Part shown: piece by piece, positions 9,409 to 17,415 of the stretch
Position numbering within the stretch: position 1 is the stretch's first letter
Layout of the letters: each line of letters begins with the position of its first letter
NCBI GenBank assembly: GCA_964562425.1
Contig: CAZLTJ010000007.1
Coordinates: forward strand, 1 to 46,535
Length of the DNA: 46,535 bases
Direction of reading: 5' to 3'
From: an uncultured bacterium
Lineage (GTDB): Bacteria; UBP14; UBA6098; B30-G16
Program-made: the position numbers and the translations under genes
Notes under the pieces: generated by a model
Database searches by the model: none
The model's input: the letters and a program-made list of their open reading frames with translations, nothing else
Told to the model about the DNA's origin: nothing

Positions 9409-10203
9409 CTATTTGAATCCTGCTTTAAAACGTATTGATAAAATAGTCACGGTAAAATTACATTGACCTGTTCTACCATCGGACTTATCCAAATTCCGAT
9501 AACTGAAAACCATATTTGCAATCCTGCCAGTACCGTTGATTGTCAAATCAGAGCCGACCGCATTTGATATTAATTCATTTGCTTTTAACATTTCATCTTC
9601 AAGCAATGCCGCCGTATTTGCCTTGACTTTAACGTGTCCGGTAATTACAAGAGGCTCTTCCTGTCTTTTCGGGAATGTGTCAAACTCCGGGTCACTATCC
9701 GCAACCCATGCCTTAACATGTGGTATCTGTTTATCAAATTCAATATCAGGTTCCCGGCTGAATAAAAATCTGCTTGAAACGTAAGTGTCAAGTGTGCTGT
9801 TATTTTCCAACTGGCTTTTAAATTCCGTCCAGATGTTTCTTAATATCTGATTTGTCGCTGTTGTGGATTCATTGAATGAATTTGAATAGGATGAAGTACC
9901 AAACTCATTTGTTGCGCTATACCTATAATAATAAGTTGTCCCTGCGGAAAGCCCGGTATCTTCATAAGTATTTTCTGTCCATAATTCAGCACCTGGTATA
10001 TCAGAGAAAGAAATATTATCTGTTGAACGTTGTATTTTTAAAGATTCTGCACCTGCTGTAAAATCTAAAGCCAATTTCAACGCGGCTGAAGATATAGTCC
10101 TGATAGTTCCGATATTAGGCGTGCCAGGTGCGCTTCCATTTGTTGCATCATTAGCATAACCTAACGATGGGACGGCTAATTTATTTGCAGGATTTAGAGC
10201 CAT
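9409..10203 (-). CDS. fibronectin type III domain fused to a tail-terminator-like domain
   Basis: The N-terminal half has an FN3 signature (LKIQRSTDNISFSDIPGAELWTENTYEDTGLSAGTTYYYRYSATNEFGTSSYS). The C-terminal ~140 aa sits in the position of a tail terminator/completion protein just before the tube gene. Confidence 0.5.
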   Translation of the reverse strand: MALNPANKLAVPSLGYANDATNGSAPGTPNIGTIRTISSAALKLALDFTAGAESLKIQRSTDNISFSDIPGAELWTENTYEDTGLSAGTTYYYRYSATNEFGTSSYSNSFNESTTATNQILRNIWTEFKSQLENNSTLDTYVSSRFLFSREPDIEFDKQIPHVKAWVADSDPEFDTFPKRQEEPLVITGHVKVKANTAALLEDEMLKANELISNAVGSDLTINGTGRIANMVFSYRNLDKSDGRTGQCNFTVTILSIRFKAGFK

Positions 10204-10207
10204 AGTA

Positions 10208-11017
10208 TTAAGCCCATGTCGGAGTCCATATAAACGGAGCGGTTGCGCTTCTATTAAGAGTTACAAGTAAGTTACCGGCAACGTCATATTTTTTAATTTG
10301 TGTACCTGCTGCATTAATATCCATTCTCCCGGCAATCGCGCCTTTTACTTGTGCTAATGTTGCTGCTAATGCCAAACCACTTTGTATCGCTGTGATTGCG
10401 CTCGCATTTGGTGCATCGATTAAATCCATTTTAGCGCCAGCCGCCAGGACTGACCTCGAAGAAACGGCGACATCAAGATTTGTAACGTCTGCCTTACTTG
10501 CTGTCCGGGAAGCCGAATCCGTTGTGACCGTACCCGAAACAGTCGCCGCATTAACAGTACCAACCGTAACGCCGGACTGGTCGTTGTTTAAATCATATCC
10601 TGTCTTATCGTTGTTTGTGCCAACCGTTACAGTGCCTATTTGAAACTCTGCCTCATTCTCTGCTGCATCGGCCGCACCATGTATTGATACAAGAAGTTGT
10701 GTTGTCGAAGCATATCTTGCATCGGCAATCATTATTTGATAAACGCCTGGATGATTTGTTGGGTCTATTTCTTTAAATCTGCATTTAGTTGCGGCAGGTA
10801 TAACATAAGTCCCAATAGTCGCTATTGTCTCTATGGTATTTCCAGCTTGAGAGTAGATAGTAGGAGTCGCCTCACCAATTTTAATAGTGCTGATAATCAA
10901 ACCAGCGGAATTAAATACCAAACCAGTTAAGCCCCTTCCATCTGTTGCGGTCGAATCAAGTATCTTAACATTAAAGACAACGCTTGACGGCGTTCCCTGT
11001 AAAAAAAACTTAGCCAT
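10208..11017 (-). CDS. hypothetical virion-associated protein
   Basis: 269-aa Thr/Ala/Gly-rich ORF. Its start overlaps the stop of the beta-helix gene (aATGGCTAAg). Function unknown. Confidence 0.4.
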   Translation of the reverse strand: MAKFFLQGTPSSVVFNVKILDSTATDGRGLTGLVFNSAGLIISTIKIGEATPTIYSQAGNTIETIATIGTYVIPAATKCRFKEIDPTNHPGVYQIMIADARYASTTQLLVSIHGAADAAENEAEFQIGTVTVGTNNDKTGYDLNNDQSGVTVGTVNAATVSGTVTTDSASRTASKADVTNLDVAVSSRSVLAAGAKMDLIDAPNASAITAIQSGLALAATLAQVKGAIAGRMDINAAGTQIKKYDVAGNLLVTLNRSATAPFIWTPTWA

Positions 11018-12092
11018 TTATTCCTCCTGTCATACCTCTATTGGAAAGTAAACCTCCACCGGCACCGGCAATAGGCGGTAAACCTGCTGCAATGTAAAAG
11101 TTATTTGTTGCATCAATCGCAATTTGTGTATTCCTTAATTCAGCATCAGACGCAAGATTGAAATTATCCGTACCACCACCACCGCGACCGCCTACATACT
11201 TATCATCTGCCATTGCAACATTATTACCCAAGTCAATTAATTGACAACCGGCCGGGATATTTGAAACCGCTGTATTGCCATAAGTTCCACAAAAATCATA
11301 ACTTGCAAAATCTGCCCCTGTTAAACTTATTCCAGTAGCGTTATTTGTTATGCGCGTACCCCTAATGGCAATGTTTACAGCGTTTATGGCTATCCCAACA
11401 CCCGCAGCGGCGGAGCCATTCCAACCGTCAACTATACAATTAAATATTGCACTACCTTGACGGGCGAGAATTTGAGACGTTGTATTATTATGAGAAAGAC
11501 AGCCGATCATTTGAGCATAAAGATCCAAATAAAAACCGCGACCTCCATTTCCTATTGCAGTACAAAAATGAGCGATATTATAAGCCCATAATAATATCCC
11601 CTCTGCTGTATTATTTTCCGCCCTGCATCTATCTAAAGTAGACAGGATAGAGGCGGCCATGTCAAAACCCCTCGCTCCATTATTATAAGAATAAATGTTT
11701 TCCAGGGTAAGATAATCTCCTGTTGCTGCTGTATTAAATCCATCTCCTGTTGCGTTTTTTAATTCAAGATTTTTAAATTTCCAGTAATTTTTATTTATTA
11801 AAATGCAATTAGTGGCAGCATTATTGCCATCCATTACAAATCTAGTACCGTCATCAACACCGCTGGTATTTACCCCTATCCAATTAATATAACCGCTTGT
11901 CAAGTCGCCGCTACCTACATTAACATCAATAGTCGCCGCTAATGTTTCAACTGCTCTAGCAACTGTATAGAGATTATTTCCCGCTGCGCCACCAGCCGTG
12001 TTAACAGCCGTTTGCAAATTTGTTGCTGCTTTTGCTTGCGTATCATAAGGGGCTGTATTTGACCCGTTTGGGTCATACCATACATCAGCCAT
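11010..12092 (-). CDS. right-handed parallel beta-helix protein (depolymerase/tailspike-like fold)
   Basis: 360 aa with periodic PbH1-like repeats (NIYSYNNGARGFDM, AENNTAEGILLW, AIGNGGRGFYLD, RITNNATGISL) and a Gly-rich C-terminus. Confidence 0.6.
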   Translation of the reverse strand: MADVWYDPNGSNTAPYDTQAKAATNLQTAVNTAGGAAGNNLYTVARAVETLAATIDVNVGSGDLTSGYINWIGVNTSGVDDGTRFVMDGNNAATNCILINKNYWKFKNLELKNATGDGFNTAATGDYLTLENIYSYNNGARGFDMAASILSTLDRCRAENNTAEGILLWAYNIAHFCTAIGNGGRGFYLDLYAQMIGCLSHNNTTSQILARQGSAIFNCIVDGWNGSAAAGVGIAINAVNIAIRGTRITNNATGISLTGADFASYDFCGTYGNTAVSNIPAGCQLIDLGNNVAMADDKYVGGRGGGGTDNFNLASDAELRNTQIAIDATNNFYIAAGLPPIAGAGGGLLSNRGMTGGING

Positions 12093-12442
12093 TATATAAC
12101 TCCGATTGAATCTTTTAAATTAAAAACTTTTTTAGCTTCTATTTTTGCAATCTCACCATATTGTTCTTGAATCATTTTTAATTCCATATTGGCAAGTTCT
12201 GCTTGTGTCAATTCAGGTTCAATAACAATTTCAGCATGATACGGTTTGCATCCAATGAATTTTGTATCCACTGGAAATACGCAATTCCTGATATTGCTAT
12301 TTTTAATAGTTAGATTTTTTAGTCCTTTACAAACATCAGTATTAATATTTTGTTGCGTACAATTACAATTTTCAATTGTATCACCTGATTTGATACCGGT
12401 TAATGTTTTACGATGAAAGTTTTTATTTATAATTGTTGCCAT
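12092..12442 (-). CDS. hypothetical protein
   Basis: 116-aa ORF. Its stop overlaps the start of the beta-helix gene by 1 nt. The Cys-containing N-terminal half has short repeat-like NC/NI segments. Confidence 0.4.
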   Translation of the reverse strand: MATIINKNFHRKTLTGIKSGDTIENCNCTQQNINTDVCKGLKNLTIKNSNIRNCVFPVDTKFIGCKPYHAEIVIEPELTQAELANMELKMIQEQYGEIAKIEAKKVFNLKDSIGVI

Positions 12443-12583
12443 TTATTTTATCCTGCTAATATCCCTGCATTCAATACATCTTTCTTCAATACACTTTTCA
12501 CGCTTGCTATCATAATATTTTACTTGTTTATTCAAACAACATCCATTTAAAATCAAAAACAAGAAAATCAATTTCTCAGTCAT
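12443..12583 (-). CDS. small putative lipoprotein (46 aa)
   Basis: Not in the ORF track (<60 aa). Hand translation: MTEKLIFLFLILNGCCLNKQVKYYDSKREKCIEERCIECRDISRIK. Signal-like N-terminus with lipobox-like LNGC and a Cys-rich mature part. It exactly fills the gap between two CDSs, but the SD is weak. Confidence 0.35.
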   Translation of the reverse strand: MTEKLIFLFLILNGCCLNKQVKYYDSKREKCIEERCIECRDISRIK

Positions 12584-12586
12584 TTA

Positions 12587-13381
12587 TTAATCATCTATCA
12601 AAATTAAACCAGATTCAATTGTTACTGCTGAAGCTACTGATGTTTGTGCAAGAAACTCAATATCAGATTTTTCAGGTATGATAGGCGGTATTTGTAAATC
12701 ACTACCATCATTTATTGTTACTCCATAACCATAAAGAAATTCCCACCAAGATAATCCAAAAGGTCTTATCCTTAACGTCAATGTCCCAAATTGAAGTGTC
12801 TGTAATAAAAAATACGGTGTTCTGGAAATCATATATGCTGTTTTTCCTGCTGGCACTGTATAAACACCAAGCCTCGACCTTCCTTTAACCGCTGCAATTG
12901 TACCTGCAACTTTTGTGGCTGTTTGGGGTACGCCTGCAACAATAGCATCGGATGTATCATAAGCATAAATAATACCAACATTATTTCCAGTTGCACCAAA
13001 TGTTGCAACATACATTTCATGAAGATTCAAATATTGATTTACTGTTTCTACTTTTGCCTGTCCGTTCATTGTAATCGTTTCGGTTACTAAAGCATAGGCA
13101 GCATTTACACCTGTGATTATAATTGTTATTGCACCCGTACCCGCTGCTGCATCATTTGCACTGCCAGAAGAAATACCAAGCGTTTTCGCCGCTGTAAACC
13201 ATGTTTTAGTTCCGCCATAATCCCATAATGTTTCCGATGCTTGTAAATTAGCATTATATCCAAATATTTGCGCAGCACTCATATTAGAAACATTACCCGC
13301 CTGTAATTCCATACCTAATTTTAAGCTAGGTGAGAATAATGCTAATTGTGAATCTGGTCTGAAGAATTCTAATGAAGACAT
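12587..13381 (-). CDS. hypothetical structural protein
   Basis: 264-aa beta-rich ORF with a good SD (aaggagtaagaaATG). Lies inside the connector-to-tail interval. No motif recognised. Confidence 0.45.
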   Translation of the reverse strand: MSSLEFFRPDSQLALFSPSLKLGMELQAGNVSNMSAAQIFGYNANLQASETLWDYGGTKTWFTAAKTLGISSGSANDAAAGTGAITIIITGVNAAYALVTETITMNGQAKVETVNQYLNLHEMYVATFGATGNNVGIIYAYDTSDAIVAGVPQTATKVAGTIAAVKGRSRLGVYTVPAGKTAYMISRTPYFLLQTLQFGTLTLRIRPFGLSWWEFLYGYGVTINDGSDLQIPPIIPEKSDIEFLAQTSVASAVTIESGLILIDD

Positions 13382-13391
13382 TTCTTACTCC

Positions 13392-13892
13392 TTATTTTAA
13401 TTTCTTCCATGCATTTAAAACCCGTTTTCTTATTTCCTCTGTAAGTATCTTTTGAATCTTTTTAACGTTCGGTTTAATCATCGGATGCGCCCTTATGCCT
13501 TTAACAGAAACCGCAAAGACATCTTTACCAACTTTATTTCCTTTTATTGGTTTCCATCTTAAAATAAAAGGCTTACCGGTAATTGGACTTATTTTTTTAC
13601 CTCTTATCTCTCCCTTTGCCTTATTAGGCCCGAATAATCCCGTACCTGTTTCAAGAAACAATGCACGTTTTAATGAATTAAATATTTCATAAGAAAACAT
13701 GGCTATCTTTCTTGTTTTCCATTCGCGTCGTGTTCTGCCCGTTCCTATCTTTGTTGAACGTATGATTAAGCCTTTCCCTTTTGCAGACGCTGCTTTAGTT
13801 GCCTGGTCAACAACAGTAGGAAATTTCTTAACGAAAAGATTTATTTCCGCTAAGTCTCTTTTATCAATCGTTACGTTTAATCCTAATGACAT
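13392..13892 (-). CDS. HK97 gp10-like head-tail joining / neck protein
   Basis: 166-aa basic ORF following the gp6-like connector. Size, position and the N-terminal pattern (KRDLAEINLFVKKFPTVVDQATKAASAKG) resemble the HK97 gp10 family. Confidence 0.5.
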   Translation of the reverse strand: MSLGLNVTIDKRDLAEINLFVKKFPTVVDQATKAASAKGKGLIIRSTKIGTGRTRREWKTRKIAMFSYEIFNSLKRALFLETGTGLFGPNKAKGEIRGKKISPITGKPFILRWKPIKGNKVGKDVFAVSVKGIRAHPMIKPNVKKIQKILTEEIRKRVLNAWKKLK

Positions 13893-13900
13893 AATAATCC

Positions 13901-14488
13901 TTACCAGCTATACCAACGATGGACGTATCTGTCCAATATTGTTTTAATGTCCTTTGGTACGGTATTAATAAACACAACGGCCTCGACACCTTCATTATCA
14001 ACAAAGGTACGCTTCATTAATCCTGCGCCGATACCGACCATTATATAAAATGCCTTTACAACATCTTGCGCTCCGGTCAAATCAACGCCGCCAACATACG
14101 TCACTACAATGTCATTTCTTACCCTTGACCAATGACCTTTTGAAGTTTGCCCCCGCGTAATGTCACTCAAGTCTGTTATCTTTTCAACAAGACCGGTTCC
14201 CTTATCCACATAAAAGTCATCATCTTCAATTAATGTAAGTCCACCTTCAACGATAGATGTAATAGACGCAATAGGTCTATTGTGTAAATAGAATCTATCG
14301 GTAAGTTTTTCAATCAACGGTTTCTCTTCCCTTGACTGTGACAGAAAATCATGTTTGCAATACTTCTGTATTTCATCGGCAACCAATGGTAAGTGAACGG
14401 CTATAACGCCGTCCTTGTCCGTGCCGGTTATACCATGATATGCTTTTACGTCTGCTGTAGTGATACTGTCTAGAGTGCCAATTGACAT
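13901..14488 (-). CDS. head-tail connector (gp6-like adaptor)
   Basis: 195 aa. The N-terminal ITTADVKAYHGITGTDKDGVI...ADEIQKYC pattern is typical of gp6-like DNA-packaging/connector proteins. Lies downstream of the capsid module. Confidence 0.55.
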   Translation of the reverse strand: MSIGTLDSITTADVKAYHGITGTDKDGVIAVHLPLVADEIQKYCKHDFLSQSREEKPLIEKLTDRFYLHNRPIASITSIVEGGLTLIEDDDFYVDKGTGLVEKITDLSDITRGQTSKGHWSRVRNDIVVTYVGGVDLTGAQDVVKAFYIMVGIGAGLMKRTFVDNEGVEAVVFINTVPKDIKTILDRYVHRWYSW

Positions 14489-14490
14489 CT

Positions 14491-14700
14491 TTATCTTCCT
14501 TTGTTATCTTTAACAGTTACCCATTCGGATATAATTTCTGATATTCTATCGGCAATCGGTTTAGATTCTACTATCATCCAATCAGGAATCATACCATTAA
14601 GTTCATTTAATAACGCAACCATTTCTATAAAATCTTCGATGCACTTTTCTTTCTTAAGGGTAATTATCATTTTAGCGTTTGCCATTATGCGTATTCCCAT
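14491..14700 (-). CDS. hypothetical protein
   Basis: 69-aa ORF overlapping the upstream glycosyltransferase-like gene by 16 nt. Confidence 0.35.
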   Translation of the reverse strand: MGIRIMANAKMIITLKKEKCIEDFIEMVALLNELNGMIPDWMIVESKPIADRISEIISEWVTVKDNKGR

Positions 14701-15488
14701 TGACCTTGATAGTGATTCATTAATATTTCGGATGACTCTTTAGACATAAAAACAACGTCATCTTTTTCCGCAATGATATCTTTATTAGTTACCGGATCAT
14801 TTCCAGTGAACTTTTTTATAATGCCAGTTGCCTTGAACCTTAACCCGATAGGTGTAATTTCATTAGAGATAAATGTATTGACAGGTATAGGGATATTATT
14901 CTCATTGCGTGTACGCATGTATTCCCCATCAAGTCCTAATCTTCTCGTGCCTCTTAATTCAGGAGTATGGATAATTTTAGCACTCTCGCATAATGGTTTA
15001 TCATGGATGGGGATATTTAATATCTTCCCCTGGCCGTCTTTTATGACATTATGTTTCTTATTATAATGAATGCCGGGGACGTTCCTGAATATCCTATTAT
15101 TCTGTGATGGCAATTCAACACCGCCTTGATGCATTATGTTTTTCATCTTATAGACATCTTCTTTAAGACTGCTCTTGTCTATTTGACCATCAAGATATTC
15201 ATCCGTATCTATAATGAAATAGTAATCGTTTTCTGATTTGGAAGTGAAATACATATTTCTCTTTGTCGGCTGATCCTTCCATGCTTCTTTACATTCGATA
15301 ATTTCATCAGAATATGCTTTAGCAATGTCCAGACAACCATCTGTGGAATATGGTTTGTTATGAGAAAACTCCTTATATGCACCATCAACACATACAATCT
15401 TATCAACAGTATCCCTGATTGAAATCAATAACCTTTCAAATAAATCAGGGGTATCGTTAAAGAAGATTGTACAGGCTATCAGGTTCAT
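14685..15488 (-). CDS. GT-A type glycosyltransferase-like protein (paralog of 36077-36766)
   Basis: 267 aa. Motifs VCVDGAYKEF, YSTDGCLDIAK and the DxD-like FIIDTDEY align with IAVDGAFKEF, YSTDGCIDVV and FSIDADEI in the island gene. Located directly after the major capsid gene. Confidence 0.6.
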   Translation of the reverse strand: MNLIACTIFFNDTPDLFERLLISIRDTVDKIVCVDGAYKEFSHNKPYSTDGCLDIAKAYSDEIIECKEAWKDQPTKRNMYFTSKSENDYYFIIDTDEYLDGQIDKSSLKEDVYKMKNIMHQGGVELPSQNNRIFRNVPGIHYNKKHNVIKDGQGKILNIPIHDKPLCESAKIIHTPELRGTRRLGLDGEYMRTRNENNIPIPVNTFISNEITPIGLRFKATGIIKKFTGNDPVTNKDIIAEKDDVVFMSKESSEILMNHYQGQWEYA

Positions 15489-15506
15489 ACTGTCCTTTCT
15501 TAGTTA

Positions 15507-15543
15507 GTAAAATGCAGGGATGCGGATTAAACACCCCTGCATT
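15507..15543 (-). terminator. putative intrinsic terminator/attenuator after the major capsid gene
   Basis: 9-bp perfect stem (plus strand aatgcaggg 15511-15519 / ccctgcatt 15535-15543) with a 15-nt loop. On the coding strand the stem runs into CATTTTAC. Lies in the 78-nt capsid-GT intergenic gap. Confidence 0.4.
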
Positions 15544-15566
15544 TGTTTCAGCCTTACAGGAGGGCA

Positions 15567-16829
15567 TTAAGTGATATCAATATCGATACCGTAATTAACA
15601 ATCCGCTCAGTGGCAATCGCAGCGCGAGGCTTGAAATCCTGACGGGTAGTTGCAACCATCTGATTAAGACCGGACACAATGTTTCTGTCAGTTTCAAGTT
15701 TCATCTGCCGTTTCATACCCCTGGTAAATAAATCCCTGCGACAAACAAGAAGCGCACCGTTATTAGTCACAGAGCCGTCGTATACACCGGAAGTATTTAA
15801 ATCTTCCCGCATAAACTCCGTAATGACATAAGGTGATGCACCGAGTTTGCCAATCTGACCGGGAAGAATGTTAAGGGATTCAGGGCCAGTGTTGACATTC
15901 TCTGTAAAGACCCTGTTATTATTGGCATCAACCAAGTCTTTGGTTTTGCCCTGCACTTTAACACCGGATATAAAAACCAGATTTCTGAAAGCAGCGGCAT
16001 ATTTACCCATATCCGTAACAAGAGACGTAATCTTGTTTGACGTAAAAGTAGACAGTGACCTGGTATAAGAATTTGCAATTGCAAGCCTTCTTAAACCATC
16101 CCATGCTTTCCTGTGGTCATTGGCAAGCGTAACATCACTGTCCTGATGAACAACGGAAGTATCAGAATTAACAATAGCATCGTCAATTGCCCGTGCCATT
16201 ACATTACCGATATCTTCTCGTACTACTGCCATAGTAGCAACTGCCGCATCTTCTGTCAGCTCATCGGACACCTGCACATAATCACCAATGGCAACAGGCA
16301 AGAGATTTACCTTTCCATCCGAGATTGATGATTCAGTAATTGCAGAACCTTCAGATTTAAGATATGCCGTTGACCGTCCTGTCTTAATAGGAAGGTCAAG
16401 ACTCTCAACACCTTGCGGAACAACAGTAATACCAAACAACTTCGCAATCATAAGATCAATCTGTATGAGATCGATAAGCTGCCGGGACATTCCATCAGGA
16501 ACCCAGTCGGCCGTATTGGTCGTGGTCATTGCTTTACCGAGTTCTGATGTTTCCATAAACTCTTCAAAGCGTTTATAAAGCTTCAGGTCTTTTACGGGAA
16601 CCCTTAACATCTTTGAAACGATGTGAAGTTCATCGCACATGTTCTGAAACTTTACAATCTTGATTTCTTCATGGTCTTTGGTATTGGGATCAATCTCTCG
16701 CTTGTGAAGTTCAATCGGGTTAAGGCCGCGTTCGTTATTGATAGCGAACTGACCGTCCCTTATGACATTACTCTTTTTAAATGCTCTTATTGTTTTACCA
16801 ATAAGTTTTTGTGCTTCTAACTTATCCAT
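15567..16829 (-). CDS. major capsid protein (HK97 fold)
   Basis: 420 aa with a coiled N-terminal delta-like region followed by a typical HK97-family core (TADWVPDGMSRQLIDLI..., LPIKTGRSTAYLKSEG, VSDELTEDAAVA). Preceded by protease and scaffold genes. Confidence 0.9.
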   Translation of the reverse strand: MDKLEAQKLIGKTIRAFKKSNVIRDGQFAINNERGLNPIELHKREIDPNTKDHEEIKIVKFQNMCDELHIVSKMLRVPVKDLKLYKRFEEFMETSELGKAMTTTNTADWVPDGMSRQLIDLIQIDLMIAKLFGITVVPQGVESLDLPIKTGRSTAYLKSEGSAITESSISDGKVNLLPVAIGDYVQVSDELTEDAAVATMAVVREDIGNVMARAIDDAIVNSDTSVVHQDSDVTLANDHRKAWDGLRRLAIANSYTRSLSTFTSNKITSLVTDMGKYAAAFRNLVFISGVKVQGKTKDLVDANNNRVFTENVNTGPESLNILPGQIGKLGASPYVITEFMREDLNTSGVYDGSVTNNGALLVCRRDLFTRGMKRQMKLETDRNIVSGLNQMVATTRQDFKPRAAIATERIVNYGIDIDIT

Positions 16830-16860
16830 GTTATTTTCCTTTCGTGTTTACTGTTTAAAA

Positions 16861-17412
16861 TTATTTCGCTGCAACAATGTCTTTGAGTGCCTTTGCAAGT
16901 ACATCAGCGGGTGATGTCGCCGGACGCTCTTCACCAAGCAATTCATATTTGATTTCATCGCTTACCATTTTGGCAAAGTCGTCATCGGATATTTCTTTAT
17001 CAGCGTCATCGGTTTTCTTGACAGGCTTTTCATCTTCTGTTTTGTCCTCTTTCTTTGCAGGCCCGGCCATTGCAACCAGCTTGTCAATAGCGGTCTTCAT
17101 GGAATTAAGAATAGCAAGGGCATCTTTATTGAATCGCGCACCGGCTTTGTTTACGTCCAGTTCGCTTTCAAGCGCCTTTTCAACCTTACCCCTGACATCT
17201 TCATCAAGGCCTTCAAGGACTTCGTTTCTCTCATCTTCCGTTTCACAGGCTTTTAAGAGTTTAATTGCAAGTTTCTCATTCATGGTATTTCCTTTCATGC
17301 GTTTAAACAAAAACATTTTTTTATTGTTTGCACCGTCATCAACTAGGGCAACGGCACTAACTGCCATATTGACCAGATTGTTCAGGCGGTCAAACTTTCT
17401 TTTCTTTGCCAT
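16861..17412 (-). CDS. putative scaffolding protein
   Basis: 183-aa highly charged helical protein between the protease and capsid genes. N-terminal VALVDDGANNKKMFLFKR motif. Confidence 0.5.
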   Translation of the reverse strand: MAKKRKFDRLNNLVNMAVSAVALVDDGANNKKMFLFKRMKGNTMNEKLAIKLLKACETEDERNEVLEGLDEDVRGKVEKALESELDVNKAGARFNKDALAILNSMKTAIDKLVAMAGPAKKEDKTEDEKPVKKTDDADKEISDDDFAKMVSDEIKYELLGEERPATSPADVLAKALKDIVAAK

Positions 17413-17415
17413 ACA

